Below are positions 7,384-13,754 of a stretch of 16,897 nt of DNA, one piece after another. How positions within the stretch are numbered: position 1 is the stretch's first letter; each line of letters starts with the position of its first letter. The position numbers were made by a program, and so were the translations under genes. Origin of the DNA: a virus; UHGV virus genome UHGV-0124835, one strand, 5' to 3'. The notes under the pieces were generated by a model. It was not told the DNA's origin, ran no database searches, and saw only the letters and a list, made by a program, of their open reading frames with translations.

Positions 7384-8073
7384 CTAACCAAATCTGTTTA
7401 TGTTGAATGGTACTGATGAGATCACTTTAGACTGGATATAAAGCAGAGCTAACCCCTCTTTTTCGATGCTCCATGGTTGATAATTGGGGTTATCAGATAA
7501 CACCATGATTTTGCTTCCAATTTTTTGAAGCCTTTTCACGTAGCATTCTCCATCAAAACAAAATGCATAAATACCATCGCCATCAAAATAAGTTACTGTC
7601 TTATCAAGAAAAAGAAGGTCGCCAGGTGAGATTGTGGGAGCCATACTGTCTCCTCTGGCGTTACCTATTTCTATATTTTTGAATGCCCGATTTCCAACAA
7701 GACGTCGGGCATATTCAGGATCAAGTTCTATTGAGCGCACTACATCTATCAAGTCACCACGGACATGAGTTCCATCACCGCAACTAAACTCAACATCAAG
7801 GACATTAAATACGACGCTATCTGTTCTTGTCTGGTGTTTCTCTTGCGAGGAAAAGGTTGGTGAGGAGTCTTCACCTAAGAACCAGGATTGTGGATAACCG
7901 CTAATCTCTGATAAATGCGCGAGCTTATCACTCCGTGGAAATGTTTTTCCTGTTGTCCAGTACTGCACTGATTGCGCACTCACACCTAACTTGCGGGCCA
8001 GTTGAGCCTGAGTCCATCCTTTTGCTTTCAGCATCGCGGCTATTCGATTTTCCGTGTTTTTGACGTTCTTCAT
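7384..8073 (-). CDS. cI-like prophage repressor (N-terminal HTH, C-terminal S24 LexA-like peptidase domain)
   Basis: Track ORF trimmed to the ATG at 8073 (MKNVKNTENRIAAMLKAKGWTQAQLARKLGVSAQSVQYW...); HTH near the N-terminus and a C-terminal domain with GDSMAPTISPGDLLFLD and a KRL motif typical of S24 autocleaving repressors; divergent from a cro-like gene. Confidence 0.9.
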   Translation of the reverse strand: MKNVKNTENRIAAMLKAKGWTQAQLARKLGVSAQSVQYWTTGKTFPRSDKLAHLSEISGYPQSWFLGEDSSPTFSSQEKHQTRTDSVVFNVLDVEFSCGDGTHVRGDLIDVVRSIELDPEYARRLVGNRAFKNIEIGNARGDSMAPTISPGDLLFLDKTVTYFDGDGIYAFCFDGECYVKRLQKIGSKIMVLSDNPNYQPWSIEKEGLALLYIQSKVISSVPFNINRFG

Positions 8074-8206
8074 GACCAAATCCTGTGGGTTTCTTTACAA
8101 GGATAAATCTTTACTTGATTTTAGTGTATTCGATCCTTTTGTAACTTGCATGTTAATTTAAACTTGATGTATTCTTGATTTATAAAGTTAATATTGGTGC
8201 TTTGTT
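8074..8206. promoter_or_regulatory. immunity-region intergenic: divergent cI/cro promoters and probable operators
   Basis: 133-nt AT-rich spacer between divergent repressor genes containing four CTTG(A/C) repeats (TACTTGAT 8111, AACTTGCA 8142, AACTTGAT 8160, TTCTTGAT 8172) plus TTACAAG/CTTGTAA-like elements; exact operators and -10/-35 boxes not resolved. Confidence 0.5.
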
Positions 8207-8479
8207 ATGGAAGGAAATGATTACGACAAACTTCGTGCATTAATTGCGCAAAATGCCATAGCGCGAAATCTTGGTGTGACGCCGCAAGCGGTGAATCAGT
8301 GGTTTTCAAAAAACACAATTCCTGCTCGTTTCGTTTTACGCGTATGTGAAGTAGTTGCATGGAAGGTCACGCCACATGGCTTAAGGCCAGATCTTTATCC
8401 TCACCCTGAAGATGGAATTCCTGATTCGTTACGCAAAATTTCAAATCCAAGCTTAGCGCACACAGAGGACGAGAAGTGA
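8207..8479 (+). CDS. Cro/YdaS-like HTH transcriptional regulator
   Basis: 90-aa ORF divergent from cI; motif LGVTPQAVNQWFSKNTIPARFVLRVCEVV...GLRPDLYPHPED resembles YdaS/Cro-family proteins. Confidence 0.75.
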   Translation: MEGNDYDKLRALIAQNAIARNLGVTPQAVNQWFSKNTIPARFVLRVCEVVAWKVTPHGLRPDLYPHPEDGIPDSLRKISNPSLAHTEDEK

Positions 8480-8519
8480 TGGTGGTGATATGAGCGAAAA
8501 AATAACTATTAAATACGAT

Positions 8520-8542
8520 GGGGCAACCATTTCGATTGCCCC
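8520..8542. terminator. hairpin between the convergent cro-like gene and the 8550..8843 gene
   Basis: GGGGCAA-N9-TTGCCCC stem-loop 8 nt beyond the stop of the minus-strand gene; a T-rich tract follows on the minus strand only after about 15 nt, so terminator function is tentative. Confidence 0.3.
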
Positions 8543-8549
8543 AATCACA

Positions 8550-8843
8550 TTAGCGTTCGCTGAGAAGTTGTTGGTAAGCCTTAAAGGATGCGAACTGCAT
8601 TCTACCTTCGGCATTGATTCCAATGCCTTCGCTTGTACACCAGGTGATGAACTCGGCTGTATCCGCTTCAACTTTAATAACTCGTTGCCCGCTTCTTTCG
8701 ACACGCTTAATCAATTTTTCAGCGTCGTGTTTCCACTCGGTGTAACTGTCGGAGAGCACATCAGCATCAGTAAAAATATTTTTGAGCTCATGATACTGAA
8801 TCGCATCGCGAAACCAGAATAAACCAACGGCCTGAACTTTCAT
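8550..8843 (-). CDS. hypothetical protein (97 aa), convergent to cro
   Basis: ATG at 8843 preceded by AAGGAGGT at ideal spacing; protein-like composition (MKVQAVGLFWFRDAIQYHELKNIF...). The overlapping plus-strand ORF 8490..8822 is judged antisense. Confidence 0.55.
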   Translation of the reverse strand: MKVQAVGLFWFRDAIQYHELKNIFTDADVLSDSYTEWKHDAEKLIKRVERSGQRVIKVEADTAEFITWCTSEGIGINAEGRMQFASFKAYQQLLSER

Positions 8844-8962
8844 GTCGAACCTCCTTTGGTTCTTTTGTTTATAGGGATCAAAAGGATAACTGAAGGAAGG
8901 TTCGGCACCAATAAGTACGAATGTGCGGAATCTTAAAAGAATTTATCCGTAAGGAGATGGCA

Positions 8963-9568
8963 GTGAACACCGCAATTTTTAACGACAAAGCATCCATGAC
9001 CAGCGTTGAGATCGCAGAGCTGGTGGGTAGTCAGCACTCAGATGTTAAACGTAGTATCGAACGCCTGGTTGCTAAAAACATCATCCGGAAACCGCCAATG
9101 GCTGTTTCCGAGAAAATCAATAACTTAGGTTTTAAAGTTCAATATGAGCATTACCTGTTTGAAGGAGAACAAGGTAAGCGCGACAGCATCATTGTCGTCG
9201 CACAGCTCTGCCCTGAATTCACTGCTCGCCTGGTAGATCGCTGGCGTGAACTGGAAGAACAGATCCGTAAGCCAATGAGCGAAATCGAAATGGTTGCCGC
9301 GATGGCTCTTGAAGCCGTTCGCCAACAGAAACGGATCACTCAGGTGGAAGAAAAAGTCAGCCACGTTGCTGAAACAGTCGAGCAAATTAAAAAGGGCACT
9401 ATTCGTGAGGGCTATGCCGGATATCGCCAACTGAAAGCAAAAACCGGTTTGTCAGATGATAACCGCGAGGGACTCGCTGGTATCACCCGAAAATGGGGTT
9501 ATTTCAGGTTATTGGTTGGCAGCGGTGAAAAAAAGCCGGGAGTAACCCGGCTCACTCAACATCAATAA
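8963..9568 (+). CDS. Rha-family phage regulatory protein (antirepressor-like), paralog 1
   Basis: Motif MTSVEIAELVGSQHSDVKRSIERL typical of the Phage_pRha family. The track ORF starts at ATG 8921 with no SD; an in-frame ATG at 8957 abuts the AAGGAG; the GTG at 8963 has the best SD spacing and is used here. Confidence 0.75.
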   Translation: MNTAIFNDKASMTSVEIAELVGSQHSDVKRSIERLVAKNIIRKPPMAVSEKINNLGFKVQYEHYLFEGEQGKRDSIIVVAQLCPEFTARLVDRWRELEEQIRKPMSEIEMVAAMALEAVRQQKRITQVEEKVSHVAETVEQIKKGTIREGYAGYRQLKAKTGLSDDNREGLAGITRKWGYFRLLVGSGEKKPGVTRLTQHQ

Positions 9569-9658
9569 CGGGGAGCTGTTTCGCATAAAACGGCTCCGAA
9601 ACATCCAAGAACAGTTCTAAAGATATCAGCAGCTATATGATCATTTCAAGACCAAATA

Positions 9659-9687
9659 TTGATTCTGCAATTTCGGGACGTTACACT
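9659..9687 (+). promoter_or_regulatory. sigma70-like promoter of Rha module A (TTGATT-N17-TACACT)
   Basis: Read directly: TTGATT, 17-nt spacer, TACACT; the same element recurs almost base-for-base at 10315..10343. Confidence 0.55.
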
Positions 9688-9795
9688 GTCTCTGCACCTT
9701 ATAAAGCGGGTGCCGGGGGTCGCAGCCCGGAATTGCATACGGCGATATATGACGCGCCAGCGTCTTTTTTATCGTCCGCGCTCACGCACGCCAGA

Positions 9796-9906
9796 ATTAT
9801 GGTGGGCTGGGCAGGGGAGCCGAAAGGCTCGCCGGTTTCCGTATGCGCCGGTACTGCGAACCCTGTTCAGTTCACCACCCATGAGTTTCGCAGCTCCGGT
9901 GGTGGA
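9796..9906 (+). ncRNA. c4-like antisense RNA candidate, module A
   Basis: Conserved ATTATGGTGGG box; GAAA-tetraloop hairpin 9817-9830; CCGG-closed 12-nt loop TTTCCGTATGCG (9836-9847) complementary to TGCATACGGAGG at the SD of the downstream gene; 8-bp TCACCACC/GGTGGTGG stem (9872-9879 with 9898-9905). Ends are not defined. Confidence 0.5.
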
Positions 9907-9916
9907 AGTTATCCAT

Positions 9917-9928
9917 TGCATACGGAGG
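9917..9928 (+). promoter_or_regulatory. antisense target site overlapping the SD of Rha paralog 2
   Basis: TGCATACGGAGG pairs with loop 9836-9847 over 12 positions (9 Watson-Crick plus 3 G-U); a direct repeat of the core ATTGCATACGG is at 9731-9741. Confidence 0.5.
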
Positions 9929-9936
9929 CTGCCATC

Positions 9937-10299
9937 ATGGCTACTGTCCTAACTTCCCCATTCCTAAAAATCGAAGTCGTCAACGGCAAGGCCGTTATTT
10001 TCTCCCTGCATGTTGCCTGCCATTTCAAGCGCATGCACCAGAACATCGTTGACAAAATCGAGTATCTGAACTGCTCACGCGAGTTTTTTACCCGCAATTT
10101 CATACCGGGTACTTATCACATCTACGGTGACTCCCTGCGTGGTTATTACATCACCCTTGATGGTCTGATGATGCTTCAGCTTGGGTTAAGTCTGCGCACA
10201 ATGCGGTACTACGAGAGCTGCATTGAAGCATTCCATGAGGCTGAAACCGTCCAGGGTCACTCCGCGTTCCGTCGTAATCAACGGGAGGTGCACCTATGA
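9937..10299 (+). CDS. Rha-family phage regulatory protein, paralog 2 (120 aa)
   Basis: ATG at 9937 with GGAGG 8 nt upstream; Rha-like core IEVVNGKAVIFSLHVACHFKRMHQNIVDKIEYLNCSREF...YYITLDGLMML. The track ORF extends upstream to 9637 through the leader; that extension is judged non-coding. Confidence 0.65.
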   Translation: MATVLTSPFLKIEVVNGKAVIFSLHVACHFKRMHQNIVDKIEYLNCSREFFTRNFIPGTYHIYGDSLRGYYITLDGLMMLQLGLSLRTMRYYESCIEAFHEAETVQGHSAFRRNQREVHL

Positions 10300-10314
10300 T
10301 CCGCCACCAGCATA

Positions 10315-10343
10315 TTGATTCTGCAATTCCGGGACGTTACACT
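10315..10343 (+). promoter_or_regulatory. sigma70-like promoter of Rha module B (TTGATT-N17-TACACT)
   Basis: Same element and spacing as 9659..9687, inside a ~60-nt block nearly identical between the two modules. Confidence 0.55.
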
Positions 10344-10451
10344 GTCTCCGCACCTTATAAAGCGGGTGCCGGGCGTGGAAACCCGAAATTCAATATAGAG
10401 CACAACCGCGCTCATGCGGTTTTTTCGTGTCATGAGCATCGTTACGCCCAA

Positions 10452-10564
10452 ATTATGGTGGGGCGTGCAGGGCCAACTTCGGTTGGGCCGGGTTCTATGT
10501 TGACCGGTATTTCCACCCCTGTACGTCTCACCACCTATATGGTCGTGGAAAGCCTTGGTGGTGA
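10452..10564 (+). ncRNA. c4-like antisense RNA candidate, module B
   Basis: Same architecture as module A with compensatory changes: UUCG-tetraloop hairpin CCAAC-TTCG-GTTGG (10473-10486); CCGG-closed 12-nt loop GTTCTATGTTGA (10492-10503) complementary to TCAACATAGGGG at the SD of the downstream gene; conserved TCACCACC/GGTGGTGA stem. Confidence 0.5.
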
Positions 10565-10575
10565 GTTCATTGAAT

Positions 10576-10587
10576 TCAACATAGGGG
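10576..10587 (+). promoter_or_regulatory. antisense target site overlapping the SD of Rha paralog 3
   Basis: TCAACATAGGGG pairs with loop 10492-10503 (9 Watson-Crick plus 2 G-U); an upstream near-repeat TCAATATAGAG is at 10390-10400. Confidence 0.5.
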
Positions 10588-10595
10588 CTGTCACC

Positions 10596-11147
10596 ATGAC
10601 TACTCTCCCAACCCAATCTCACCCTGAAATCACGATTATCAATGGTCGCGTTGTCACCACATCTCTTGCAGTAGCTAATTACTTTACTAAACGGCATGAG
10701 CGGGTTTTAGATAGAATTAGAAACCTCGAATGTTCCGCTGAATTTACTGAACACAATTTTGTGTTAAGTGAATACACCGACGCATCAGGCCGCAAACTCC
10801 CTTGTTACCAAATCACCCGCGACGGTTTTGCGTTTCTTGCCATGGGCTTCACTGGTAAACGTGCTGCCCGGTTCAAAGAGGCATACATCAACGCCTTTAA
10901 CCTGATGGAGAAGAGTTTATCAGGTGCCGATGCGTCTGATATGTCAGCTGTCGCACGAAACGCCAGAGGCGTATACCTGCATTTGCGTGAAATCCATCAA
11001 ATCTGGACAAGCCAGCTTTATCCAATGCTTAAGGCCGTTGAATCTCCGCTGGCTAGCAAACTGTACGACCGTGTTGGTGATGCTGTTTTTGGCGCTGCAC
11101 TTGTTGATTCCAGGCTGAATGGTTCTGACAAGGAGGTTCGCCCATGA
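10596..11147 (+). CDS. Rha-family phage regulatory protein, paralog 3 (183 aa)
   Basis: ATG at 10596 with AGGGG 8 nt upstream; Rha-like core ITIINGRVVTTSLAVANYFTKRHERVLDRIRNLECSAEF...YQITRDGFAFLAMGFTGKRAARFKEAYINAFN. The track ORF extends upstream to 10296 through the leader. Confidence 0.65.
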   Translation: MTTLPTQSHPEITIINGRVVTTSLAVANYFTKRHERVLDRIRNLECSAEFTEHNFVLSEYTDASGRKLPCYQITRDGFAFLAMGFTGKRAARFKEAYINAFNLMEKSLSGADASDMSAVARNARGVYLHLREIHQIWTSQLYPMLKAVESPLASKLYDRVGDAVFGAALVDSRLNGSDKEVRP

Positions 11148-11338
11148 TTAGTTACGAAATCATCATCTCCACTACGGAATACAGAAACGATGTATCAGTT
11201 CGCACGGATGTATCTGTCTGGCACCGTCGCTATAAATCCAGAAAAACAGCGGAACTGAAAGCGGCAGAGATGTGTGAAACCATCTCAATGAAAGGTAGCC
11301 CGGTTAAATACGTAACTACGGCGGAGGTGCGTCCATGA
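11144..11338 (+). CDS. hypothetical protein (64 aa)
   Basis: ATG overlaps the stop of the Rha gene (ATGA); AAGGAGG upstream. Confidence 0.6.
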   Translation: MISYEIIISTTEYRNDVSVRTDVSVWHRRYKSRKTAELKAAEMCETISMKGSPVKYVTTAEVRP

Positions 11339-11559
11339 TCCGCCACATCGTTAATTCCCTGTATCACCGATACAACCGTTGCCCCCGTGTGGGGCAGTGG
11401 TTCGCCACCAGCAACGGTCACGTTCTGCGGGTTTGCCTAGTCAACGCTGAAAGCCAGAAAGTCGTGTGCGAACTACAGGGGCGTAGCTACACCATCAGTT
11501 ACCCTCTGGCGGTATTTCTGTCTGGAAAAATGTTTAAGCGTCTGGGAGGTGTGGCGTGA
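11335..11559 (+). CDS. hypothetical protein (74 aa)
   Basis: ATGA overlap with the upstream stop; GGAGG upstream. Confidence 0.6.
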   Translation: MIRHIVNSLYHRYNRCPRVGQWFATSNGHVLRVCLVNAESQKVVCELQGRSYTISYPLAVFLSGKMFKRLGGVA

Positions 11560-11855
11560 ACTGTTTTCAGTTTGTGTGCGGATGTGCTTTCGATAACCCG
11601 ATTCAGCGCCTAATTATGTTGCGTGTTTTGATGTCGGGTTCTTCAGACGGTGAAGGCGAGAGAGTTATTGATCATCAGGTGCTTGCTGATTTCTGCTGTT
11701 GTTCTAAGCAAGCGATATTCAGGGAAACCCTGGCACTGGAAAGAGCTGGTTATCTTCATATCCGAAAAATTGCAACGCTTACTATTGATGCAAAAGCCAG
11801 ACTACAACCTGCGCGTGGCTACACAATTCTCATGCCGCGGAAGGAGGTTGTATGA
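11556..11855 (+). CDS. hypothetical protein (99 aa), possibly winged-helix DNA-binding
   Basis: GTG start overlapping the upstream stop (GTGA) with GGGAGG upstream; translationally coupled to the replication gene that follows. Confidence 0.55.
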   Translation: MNCFQFVCGCAFDNPIQRLIMLRVLMSGSSDGEGERVIDHQVLADFCCCSKQAIFRETLALERAGYLHIRKIATLTIDAKARLQPARGYTILMPRKEVV

Positions 11856-12844
11856 GCCGTTACGCCCCCACACCGGAAGTTATGGCTATTGGTCAAATTA
11901 ATATTTCCGGCAATGTTACACCTGCGAACTGGTGGAAATATATTCGACTACCCAGTGGGCGTCCGGATGCGACGGCTATCGCTCTGCTTTCAGAGATCGT
12001 TTACTGGTACCGCCCGACAGAGGTCAGGGATGAGCACACCGGAGCGTTGCTGGGATATCGCAAGCGTTTTCAGGGCGACAAACTGCAAAGAAGCTACCAG
12101 GCGTTTGCTGAGCAGTTTGGTTTCGGGAAAAGGGAAACCGCAGATGCGCTGAAGCGTCTGCGCGATGCAGGGTTTATTACTCTGGATTTACGCACGGTGG
12201 AAATGCTCGATGGGGTGAAATGCAGCAATATTTTGTTTGTCGGGATCAACCCACAGGCAATTGCGGCCATCACCACACCTTCTTCTGTTTCGCCAGAAAG
12301 TAACAGCAATAATGCAATCAGCGATACAGCTATTACGTTAAAACGGAACAGCCCCCGACGTCATAACGGAACAGGGGATACGCCGAATGTTGATACAAAT
12401 ACAGAGATTACTACAGAGATTACAACGGAGACTAAAAACACTATTGATGCATCCGCTGACGCGTCTGCGCCAGCGCGTTCTGCCCGACAGGAATATTCAC
12501 CGGAATTTGAACAGGCCTGGCAGGAATATCCCAAACGTGCTGGTGGCAATTCCAAGTCAGCAGCCTTCAAAGCCTGGAAAGCCCGTATCAGGGAGGGAAT
12601 AAAACCGGAGACCATGCTTGATGGCGTGAAGCGGTATGCCGCCTGGGTACGTGCTACAGGAAATACCGGCACACAGTTCGTGAAGCAGGCTGCGACGTTC
12701 TTTGGACCCGATCGTCACTTCGAAGATTACTGGCAACAGCCAGCCGCTCACGGAGGTGGGCGACAGCGACAGGTCGATGTCCTGGCTGGCCTGGGAGCCA
12801 TGTCTGACAAATTCGGTAAATCCAGTAACAAATTGACATTCTGA
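11852..12844 (+). CDS. phage replication initiation / replisome organizer protein (O-like)
   Basis: 330-aa ORF, ATGA-coupled to the upstream gene; two-domain layout with an internal low-complexity linker containing DNA direct repeats; C-terminal region EFEQAWQEYPKRAGGNSKSAAFKAWKARIREGI... resembles the conserved C-terminus of enterobacterial phage replication proteins (from memory). Confidence 0.75.
   Translation: MSRYAPTPEVMAIGQINISGNVTPANWWKYIRLPSGRPDATAIALLSEIVYWYRPTEVRDEHTGALLGYRKRFQGDKLQRSYQAFAEQFGFGKRETADALKRLRDAGFITLDLRTVEMLDGVKCSNILFVGINPQAIAAITTPSSVSPESNSNNAISDTAITLKRNSPRRHNGTGDTPNVDTNTEITTEITTETKNTIDASADASAPARSARQEYSPEFEQAWQEYPKRAGGNSKSAAFKAWKARIREGIKPETMLDGVKRYAAWVRATGNTGTQFVKQAATFFGPDRHFEDYWQQPAAHGGGRQRQVDVLAGLGAMSDKFGKSSNKLTF
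12343..12436 (+). repeat. short direct repeats inside the O-like gene (candidate iterons)
   Basis: AACGGAACAG at 12343 and 12365; tandem 12-mers ACAGAGATTACT / ACAGAGATTACA / ACGGAGACTAAA at 12401-12436, encoding TEITTEITTET. Confidence 0.45.
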
Positions 12845-12854
12845 GGTGACAGCG

Positions 12855-13754
12855 ATGATGACGATTGACCAACGTGAGAAACAAACAAGACTACAGGCGC
12901 GAATGGATGAGTTACGGGCAGAAATGGATGAGTTACGGGCAGAGATTGCATTTGCTCAGAAGGGCGAAAAGCCATGGCCTTATCGTTCCTGCCTGATGCG
13001 TGAAGATCGCGGATATTGCGAAAAACACGGTAAATATCGTACGCATATACTGGTGTGGATCGATCGTAATGGCGAGGACAGAGAAAAAATTTCATGCTGC
13101 CCTGACTGCTTGATCGCTGAGGCCAGTGATTTGACCATGGAACTGTCGTCCCTCAAGGCGGAAGAACTGACTGATAACGCCGGAATTGCTCTGCGTTTTC
13201 GGGACTGCGAGTTTGATAATTATCTGGAGGTTAATCCTGACGCAGCCAGAAATCTTGCGGCCTGTCGCCGCTATGCGGAGAACTGGCCAGATATGCTGGA
13301 GAACGGTACCAGTATTGTTATGACCGGCAGTTGCGGTACCGGGAAAAATCATCTGGCGGTATCAATGGCAAAACACATCATCCGTAACTATCTGGCCAGT
13401 GTGGAGATCACCGACGTGATGCGCCTTACCCGGGCTGTGAAAAACTGCTGGCGGAATGACAGTGAAAAAACAGCGGATGACGTCATTGAGCATTATGCGT
13501 CACTGGATTTGCTGATTGTCGACGAAGTCGGCGTTCAGTTTGGCAGTGCGGCTGAAATGGCCATTTTGCAGGAAATTATCAATGCCCGGTATGAGGGTAT
13601 TTTGCCAACTATCCTGATCAGCAACCTTTCACCGGAAGAATTGTGGGCGTTCATCAGTCCCCGGATTGCCGACAGGATCACCGATGGCGGGCGCAACTGG
13701 TTGTCGTTTAACTGGCCCAGCTACCGTTCTCGTATCGGAGGTGTTGCCGCATGA
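12855..13754 (+). CDS. DnaC-like helicase loader (IstB-like AAA+ ATPase) with N-terminal Cys-rich extension
   Basis: Walker A GSCGTGKNHLAVSMAK and Walker B LLIVDEVG. The track start at 12846 is a GTG overlapping the SD; ATG at 12855 follows GAGGTG at good spacing. Confidence 0.85.
   Translation: MMTIDQREKQTRLQARMDELRAEMDELRAEIAFAQKGEKPWPYRSCLMREDRGYCEKHGKYRTHILVWIDRNGEDREKISCCPDCLIAEASDLTMELSSLKAEELTDNAGIALRFRDCEFDNYLEVNPDAARNLAACRRYAENWPDMLENGTSIVMTGSCGTGKNHLAVSMAKHIIRNYLASVEITDVMRLTRAVKNCWRNDSEKTADDVIEHYASLDLLIVDEVGVQFGSAAEMAILQEIINARYEGILPTILISNLSPEELWAFISPRIADRITDGGRNWLSFNWPSYRSRIGGVAA
12903..12944 (+). repeat. 21-bp tandem duplication (2 copies, 20/21 identical)
   Basis: ATGGATGAGTTACGGGCAGAA followed by ATGGATGAGTTACGGGCAGAG; an in-frame duplication of the heptad MDELRAE in the N-terminus of the DnaC-like gene. 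Confidence 0.8.

Noticed and set aside
8490-8822. Plus-strand 110-aa ORF directly after cro (a YdaT-like position)
   Set aside because: It overlaps almost completely with the minus-strand ORF 8550..8843, which has a much stronger SD. The plus-strand product is low-complexity and hydrophobic (S/F/L/I-rich), typical of antisense translation, and its GGTGGTG motif sits only about 3 nt from the ATG. Not fully excluded.
9264-9272. ATCCGTAAG 9-mer repeat (also at 8946-8954) as a functional antisense target pair for Rha paralog 1
   Set aside because: A single 9-mer match is only weakly significant in 17 kb, and no complementary loop was found; mentioned only as a lead.
9637-9936. N-terminal 100-codon extensions of the track ORFs 9637..10299 and 10296..11147 as coding sequence
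   Set aside because: Differences between the two leaders conserve RNA base pairing while radically changing the encoded residues, the predicted promoters lie downstream of the leader ATGs, and each Rha core has its own SD and ATG. I treat the leaders as structured RNA, though translation on read-through transcripts is not excluded.
12401-12436. CRISPR array or other repeat-spacer structure
   Set aside because: The repeats are only 10-12 bp, directly tandem without spacers, and in frame within a coding sequence; no CRISPR-like repeat-spacer periodicity occurs anywhere in the window.
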